Source of the DNA: Nageia nagi | Lineage: Eukaryota > Plantae > Pinophyta | Direction of reading: 5' to 3' | Length of the DNA stretch: 64,000 bases | Assembly: GCA_050084985.1 (NCBI GenBank) | Contig: JBITNC010000002.1 | Span: 35,402,001 to 35,466,000 of the forward strand | Shown here: piece after piece, positions 56,227 through 64,000 of the stretch | Position numbering within the stretch: position 1 is the stretch's first letter | Layout: each line of letters starts with the position of its first letter | Position numbers and translations under genes: made by a program | Notes under the pieces: generated by a model | The model's input: the letters and a program-made list of their open reading frames with translations, nothing else | Told to the model about the DNA's origin: nothing | Database searches by the model: none

Positions 56227-56621
56227 GGTTGTAGTCTTAAAAGTTTCCAACAGATTCAATAAACTATACCATCCGATCCCTATCCGGTTAAATTGTAATC
56301 AAATGCGCTACGGGTTCTATTCGATCAGAAATTACTCGATCTTAAAAACTACTTTTTTTTATCAATCTTATTTTATTTGAGTGGTAGGGAAAAGATAAAA
56401 AAATTTCGTTTCATTTTGACATGTTGTAAATGTCATTACAACATAGATAGATATAACTATGAATATCTACGCAGATAGATGCACCTCTGCATCTTTTATA
56501 GAATATGCATTCTATGTGTATGTCATATGCATACATGCATATATGCATGTCTAATTATGACATTAGGTATATAGCCTTCGGATAGTATATGAAGGAGCAA
56601 AAACTAAGTTGTCTTCGCCCG

Positions 56622-56708
56622 GGAGAGATGGCCGAGTGGTTGATGGCTCCGGTCTTGAAAACCGGTATAGTTCAAAAACTATCGAGGGTTCGAATCCCTC
56701 TCTCTCCT
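56622..56708 (+). tRNA. trnS: Plastid tRNA-Ser(UGA) (NUPT copy)
   Basis: GGAGAGATGGCCGAGTGG...CTTGAAA...GAGGGTTCGAATCCCTCTCTCTCCT, with a long variable arm. Confidence 0.93.
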
Positions 56709-56919
56709 TTTGTTCGTTGAACAATTCGATTTATCAGTCCATTAAAAAAAAAGGCTTGGCTATCTATCTATATATCGATATAGATAGATAGCCCGAGTAT
56801 AGCCAAGCTACAAGGATTCAGTTAGTTGGAAGGAAATAGCTAAAATATATCCCGCCTGTCAACATTGACAATCCAATTCAATTGGTTTTATTTTAATATG
56901 GACCACTTTTATCACTTGT

Positions 56920-57856
<937 letters not shown>

Positions 57857-57884
57857 GATTCGTCATTCACGAGAATAAACTTCA

Positions 57885-58232
57885 ATGACTAGAGTTAAAC
57901 GTGGGTATATAGCTCGAAAACGCCGAAAAAAAATTCTTGCATTTGCATCAGGCTCCCGAGCGGCCCATTCAACACTTTTTCGAACCGCTAACCAACAGAA
58001 AATTAGAGCCTTAGTTTCTGCTCAACGAGATAGAAGTAGACGAAAGAGAGATCTTCGTCGTTTATGGATCACCCGGATTAATGCGGCATCCCGTGCTAAT
58101 GGAATGCCTTATAACAAATTCATACAATATTTGTATAAAAGACAGTTGCTTCTAAATCGTAAAACGATTGCGCAAATATCCGTATTAGATAGTAGTTGCT
58201 TTTCCACAATCGTTAAAAATATCAACGTATAA
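57885..58232 (+). CDS. rpl20: Plastid ribosomal protein L20 (NUPT copy)
   Basis: [16 protein letters not shown]...[11 protein letters not shown]...LLNRK. Confidence 0.95.
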   Translation: MTRVKRGYIARKRRKKILAFASGSRAAHSTLFRTANQQKIRALVSAQRDRSRRKRDLRRLWITRINAASRANGMPYNKFIQYLYKRQLLLNRKTIAQISVLDSSCFSTIVKNINV

Positions 58233-58455
58233 AAATATTAACGTATGATGAAATAAACTCAATCTCCCGGAGATTTCGCTCCGGGAAGCTAGAGACATTG
58301 AAAAATGTTAATTAACAAATGCGCTTGGATAATCCAATCCCTTCAATTCTTTCAATCAACTTTTTGATAGTCTAATTTATATCTACCTTATCTTTCTTTG
58401 TGAGATATCCCAATTTTGATTCGATCAAGGAGTAAGATCGCTTCTAGGGATCAAT

Positions 58456-58833
58456 TTAGTTATGACTAGTAACAAAAGGTACCAAAGATAGAATACGAGC
58501 TCGTTTAATAGCGGTAGTCATTAGACGTTGTTGTTTCGAGGTCAATCGATTCACTCGACGAGATAATATTTTTCCCCGTTCACTAATAAATCGACTAATT
58601 AGGCTCATATTTTTATAATCAATTCGATCCCCTGATCCAATTCGAGGCAAACGTTTATGAAACGTTCGCTTAGATTTCTTTCTAGAAGACCGTCTGGATT
58701 TATTCCGAAAAGAGCGCTTATATTTATTCCGAATAGACCGTTTCTCTCCATTACCGAAAGATCGCTTAGATGTATTCATAGTTTGGTTCATGAACCTTTC
58801 AATTAAAATCTTCATAGTTTGTTTTCCTCCCAA
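58456..58833 (-). CDS. rps18: Plastid ribosomal protein S18 with a repetitive N-terminal extension (NUPT copy; start codon uncertain)
   Basis: [33 protein letters not shown]...AIKRARIL, convergent with rpl20 as in plastomes. Confidence 0.92.
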   Translation of the reverse strand: MGGKQTMKILIERFMNQTMNTSKRSFGNGEKRSIRNKYKRSFRNKSRRSSRKKSKRTFHKRLPRIGSGDRIDYKNMSLISRFISERGKILSRRVNRLTSKQQRLMTTAIKRARILSLVPFVTSHN

Positions 58834-58862
58834 ATATATGTCCCATAGTTTGGTTCATGAAC

Positions 58863-59500
58863 AATTCTCATAGTTTCTTACCTAGATATAGGTGCAAAAG
58901 TTTCTTCATAATCAATTCTATACCTTTATGTAAATCCTTTATCCATAAGCCTAGCCTTGTCTCTCTCAATGCTACCATTATTGTTATACTTAGTATTATA
59001 AACCCACTTTGAACCCAGACATTTATTTCCCTTGGATAGTTTTACAAGCTCCCATGTGTCATTCTACATAATGGAATTGATCTCCTCTTGCATAGCTTGC
59101 ATCCAAATGCCATTAGTGCAAGGTTCTTGATAACAAGAAGGTTTAAAATCAAAAATAATCATCAAAGCATAATTAGCATCACCTTTTGGGTCACCTTCAT
59201 TTTCATCACCATACATGTGCATCTTCTCAAGTCTATGAATAACTTGGTCAATTGCTTGAGCTTGACCCCTAGTAAGTCTCCTATGGAAATTTTCTATCCA
59301 AAAATTGAGAACATTGATGAATTTAAAGTGTCATTTTCCCCTTTTTTATATGCATAAAATCTATTTGGATAATCATCACTTGAAGAGGAATTTGAAGTGC
59401 TCTGTTTGGGACTCTTCAAAGGATTGGTTGGTAAAGTAAATAAATCCAAAGGTAAAGTAGATTCTTCCTAAACTTTATTTTCTCATTAAATAATTTTCAC
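58863..59500 (-). mobile_element. Degenerate copia RT, 5' part (right of the NUPT)
   Basis: Minus strand reads WELVKLSKGNKCLGSKWVY.TKY...KARL..KGF...IDYEETFAPISR*ETMRIV, which continues directly into the segment ending at 47795. Confidence 0.88.
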
Positions 59501-61421
59501 AACATTCCTTTACTAACCATAGGATTATTTCTCTTGATCTAGTATTTTCCTATAGTAAGAAAATAACAAGATCGCACAAAAACCCTCTTTAATCTTAATC
59601 TAAAATGGATCATATGAATAAAGACCAAATATCATTGGAGTAAGGACTTGGCACATTCTCATGCTTGGGTGGTATTTGGAACATTTTGCTATTGGTTTGT
59701 GGGAATTTGTGGCTAGAAAATAATCACAAAATAGATCAATCATCTTTGAGAAGATATAACTTTTGATAAATATTTCCAATTGAGTTAATTATTTTTTTCA
59801 TTGGATAGTTCTTGAAGATACCTTACCAATGAGTATATGCATGCCTACCTTTGTCAAATATTTGATCATCCAAGGCATTTTCCATAAAACTATCAAAACT
59901 ACTAGTATCAACATTAATAGTAGCACCAATGCTGATGCCAATTTCCATGATATTATTTCTAAGGAATTTAGATGCAAGATTTTGAATTTAATTAGTTTGA
60001 CACGTCTATATATAAAAATGATTCTATGGACCAATTATTACTTAAAAAAACTAGTTTTAATGCTAGATAAAACCTAACATAATGACCTGACACTTGAGTG
60101 GACACTCGACACCTGATAAATACCAACACCAACACTGATGTCAGCACCAATGTTGAGGTTAGTTCCAATGTTGAAGTTAACACCAACTTTGGAGAAATAA
60201 AACACTTACGAGAAGAAGATGAAGTAGTTCATGTCATTTTGAAGCATTGTGGAAGTTAGAGAATCGTTGGGAACCTGAAGGGACCCTGATTTTGAATCTG
60301 TTTATCTCCCTAGTGATTTTATAAATCAATCCAACAATCCAGGAGAGGGATTGGAAGAAGGATTCAATAATCCAAGAGGAAGATCCAAGAGAAGCATAAG
60401 GGGTGGAGATGACCTAGTGAGGTGATTCTTGTGTTGATATTGTTGGTGCTGCTGCTGGTAGAGTGTGAGCCTGTTGTTAGAGACCAAAATATTGTTGAAA
60501 GCAAGGAGGGATTCATAAGAAGGGAAAATTCTTTCCATTCTCCATGTTATAATATTGATTAAATGATGGATAGTGTCATAGCCATTCTAATCAAGTTGTA
60601 ATAAGCTTAGTATATGATGAACAAGATTATAATCATTCTATGTTATTTTCATTTCTTATGTACAAGTAGATCAATGAGTTAATATTGGCAGTTGCATTGT
60701 TGAGAACATATTGTATTTGTGAGAGGTATAATGTGTGAGTCTTGTACATAAATAAGAAATGTAAAATAGAGATAATGTTGTCTAAGAGAGTAATTTGTAA
60801 GGAGCTATCAAAGTCTTTCACAAACATGATGGAAGAGAAAGTTTTGGATTATAGGATGATCAAAAAGAAAAGAAAAAGTTGTTACAAATACCAACGCCAA
60901 CACTAGGTTGAGCACTAGTGCTACTGTAGCAATAGAAGAAATAAGCATGAAGGTGATTTCGTTGAGCTTGGACAAGCCAAAGGATCATGGGAGATGAAAG
61001 TGTGAATGTCTAAAAAATTTAGGCAACATTCAAATTACTTATGGTTGTAAGTTTTATCCTTGTTTCAATAATAAAGTCATGAAGGAAAGCCATTAAAAAA
61101 AAGATGTACTCTCACATTGACAGGAACCTCTATAAAAATACTTGTGTTCTTTATGTGGATGAGCATTTATGTTTAAGATTTGTGCATACTAAGAACATAG
61201 AAAGCATTGAAAAAATGAAAGCAATAAAATCAGAAATCTGTATGGGATGTTTTCTTATAAGCTATAAGCTTCAAAAAATTATAGATGAAATCCCTTTAAT
61301 AATTTTATCTAATATTTATCTAAACATTAAATAAAATGATACTTGAGGGATAAAATAAATTCTACTTAATTTAATTCTCTAATAAAAAAACACTCTTTTT
61401 ATTTTTCCACAAGAATTAAAT

Positions 61422-61440
61422 ACACACACACACACACACA
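61422..61440. repeat. (AC)n microsatellite
   Basis: About 9 AC units. Confidence 0.8.
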
Positions 61441-63320
61441 TAATTCATAATAAAATAACTTCTATTTTCAAATTAAAACCACTCATTTAAAATTTAAAAA
61501 GAATAAAAAAATAAACACTTAATACTTAATTTCTAATTAAATCTAAAAATCCTAATTAGAAAACTTCAATAAAAACATAGTCATGAATCTAACTGTGAAA
61601 ATAAAAACATAGAGACCAATAAAAAAATATAAACACAATTCCTAAGGTCAAAAAGGCTACAATAACCAATTTAAAACTTTCCATGCAACTCCAAAAACAT
61701 GACATTAACTAAAAGGGCTTAAGCAACACACACAAGGCCATAACCCACAAGACATACAACCATGCCATGTAGGATGCTAACACATCCTCATTGCCAACAT
61801 GGCATATGAAAGGCACTTAGGGGAGGGTAGAAGTGATGTCTACCCTTGATATTGATGCATCATCCATAGTGAAGGGGGTACATAACCTTACTAGGTTGGT
61901 TCTTACGTGGAGGGAAGGCATGGTATCTCCAACAATACCCTACTCCCACGTAAATCCCCAAAGGGGGGTGTCTACCCCATGCTTGATGTGCCATCAAAGC
62001 ATAGGGGACTTTGGGATTTGCGTGGACTCCCATGAATCCAATAGAATCCCCAATGGTCACCCATGCTACATAGCCTCTTACAAGCTCTAAATGCTAAGAA
62101 AATATTAAAAGGGCTTAAGGAGGGGTGTGTTGGTACTTCCAAGTCAACCTCCTTTAGATGATCTTTAAGGTAGGCTACAACCAATAAAAGATAATCACAA
62201 GTTTAAAGAATAACACATGGATTTGAATATTGTGCAATCATATCTTTTTAAAACAAGAAAAAATCAAAGGAATCCTTAGGTGAAAATTGGTAGTAAGACC
62301 CTAGAAAATCCTCAACAATTTCTAAGGAAAATATAAGGTATTTTTTTAAAAGGGTTAAAAAATAAAAGTCAAAGACTTATAAATCTATTTATTTCCTTAC
62401 CTATTTTAGAAGATAATGTAAATATATTTGCAAATAATATTTTTATTCACAAATTAATTGCAAGGAAACAGTAATACATTCCTTAATTATTATTCTAAAA
62501 ATAACACTAAAGAAAGCTCCAACCTTTTGGATTCTCGTAATTGAACAAGACTCTTGTTCTTGCTTAATTTCAACATTGATTCTTTGCTAAATTTTGATGA
62601 TTCCTAAGGTTAACCTTAAACTCTTATTTATAGATTTCTTTTTATGATTTTAGTATTTAATTTAATTTGATTTATGTAAATTGTAAGCAATTTAGTCTCA
62701 AAGATAATTCCTAAAATTAGAGTGAGAACTGTACATTAATTCCAAAGCTAGGATAATTAACATTGGTTAACACAAAATCACTTCATTCTTACTCATGCAT
62801 GAAGAGTTAACAACACATCTACTCCAAACAACTAAAATTAGATAAATTTAATTTTAAAATATCTTATTATATTAAGATGGGAAAGGAATGCACTTTAATT
62901 ACACTAATACTTTCCGGGCCTTAGGTTAGGCAAAACTTAAAATATCGTCTAATAATTTTTGATTGAGATCAAAAAGGCCATTTGGTAAATTGAGGGATTT
63001 TTTTTATACAGGTACCTAAAACCTATAACAACAAATTTATAATAGTATCAACAACATCTTGCCATTATTTATTTTATACAAAATAAGATGCACATTTAGT
63101 AACCTACATGGAATCCTCATATTGGATCTAATTCTATACATAAATCAATCAAAAGTAATTCAGATATCACAGTCACAATGTTGCAATCTAAGGTCAACTA
63201 CGAGGACCTCATTTCTTTCCTTGCTTTAGGAGAAACCCTCTTCCGAATCCATATAATGTTGGTTGTTTTCCATTTGCAACTTTTTTGACAATTTCTTTTT
63301 CTTTGATCTCAGCATCACTC

Positions 63321-63720
63321 TGTTGTAATGTATAATGCATTATTGTAAAGGTTTAGTATTAATCCTTTTTGTAAATTCACTAATACTTAATGGTATCAAT
63401 AGAAACCTTAAGTATTTAAGTGAATATGATAATATAAAATGTCTTACACTCTATGTCGTGAGCATGCCCCTTGGGTAAAAGGGAGGTGCATGTCATGCCT
63501 TTGTACGTTGGATAAAAGGATGATCCAAGAAGGATTTTGGCTTATAAATAGAAGGCTTTCTCTTTGTGATCACACACTAATTTGTGGAGTAAAGTTATGC
63601 TATAGGATAGTGTTTAGGAGATGAGATTAGGAGAGTTGTAAGAGGTTCATATTTGTGAATGAAGTAAGATCTAGTTAGTGGATGTACTCCTAGTTGGAAG
63701 AACCACTTTATCTTTTGAGT
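63321..63720 (+). mobile_element. Truncated or interrupted LTR of the copia family seen at 1670 and 5632
   Basis: TGTTGTAATGTATAATGCATTATTGTAAAG... aligns with 1670-2060. Confidence 0.88.
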
Positions 63721-64000
63721 TGATAGGTAAGATAACTCCAAGATCAAAAAGCATTCTATTAGTGTAGAATATTGTGTAAATACAATTTGAGAAAGACTAT
63801 TCACTAACTAGAAATACTCTTTATATTCTACAAGAAATGACTCTCTAAATTCTAGCACATTCAAAGCTACGAATTTACTAAATATAGTAAGTATCTAATA
63901 CTATAATAACTATACCATAATCCCTAAGGATTAGGTGTCTAACATTCCCCCTTAATTTTAAGGGGAGTTGGTAAGTCCAAGCATCTTCCTAAACTTCTCG
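63721..64000 (-). mobile_element. 3' end of another copia element: RNase H C-terminus, PPT and a 224-bp LTR (63721-63944)
   Basis: Minus strand reads EKFRKMLGL, then TTAAGGGGGAA, then TGTTAGACACC...CCTATCA. Confidence 0.75.

Noticed and set aside
59500-63300. Short ORFs and low-complexity stretches after the NUPT
   Set aside because: Probably decayed TE sequence; I could not support any domain, termini or TSD.

Overview
Plant nuclear DNA, most likely from a conifer (inferred from the plastid-derived genes, the retrotransposon types and an 8.7-kb intron). From left to right: (i) 1-6090, two degenerate copies of one Ty1/copia family plus a solo LTR. (ii) ~6091-24526, a degenerate Ty3/gypsy Tat-type element (extra RNase H, tRNA-Trp-like PBS). 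It is interrupted by a 951-bp non-autonomous CACTA element that carries the 5' end of a histone H2B gene, and by a full-length 9.4-kb copia element with 478-bp LTRs (6 differences) and TSD ATAAA. That copia has a ~3.4-kb leader containing an antisense tRNA-Phe derivative and other cellular-looking sequence, and an 11-unit hairpin array in its 3' UTR. (iii) 26027-41246, an intact 5-exon ATG11 gene (1146 aa) with a solo LTR in intron 1. (iv) Decayed retroelements, including a minus-strand copia whose RT gene is split by an ~11-kb, two-fragment plastid DNA insertion (NUPT: ycf3, psaA, psaB, rps14, trnfM, trnG, psbZ, trnS, truncated psbC | rpl20, rps18). (v) LTR remnants at the right edge. There is no CRISPR or prokaryotic system. 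Coordinates were read by eye, and boundaries of degenerate elements are approximate.
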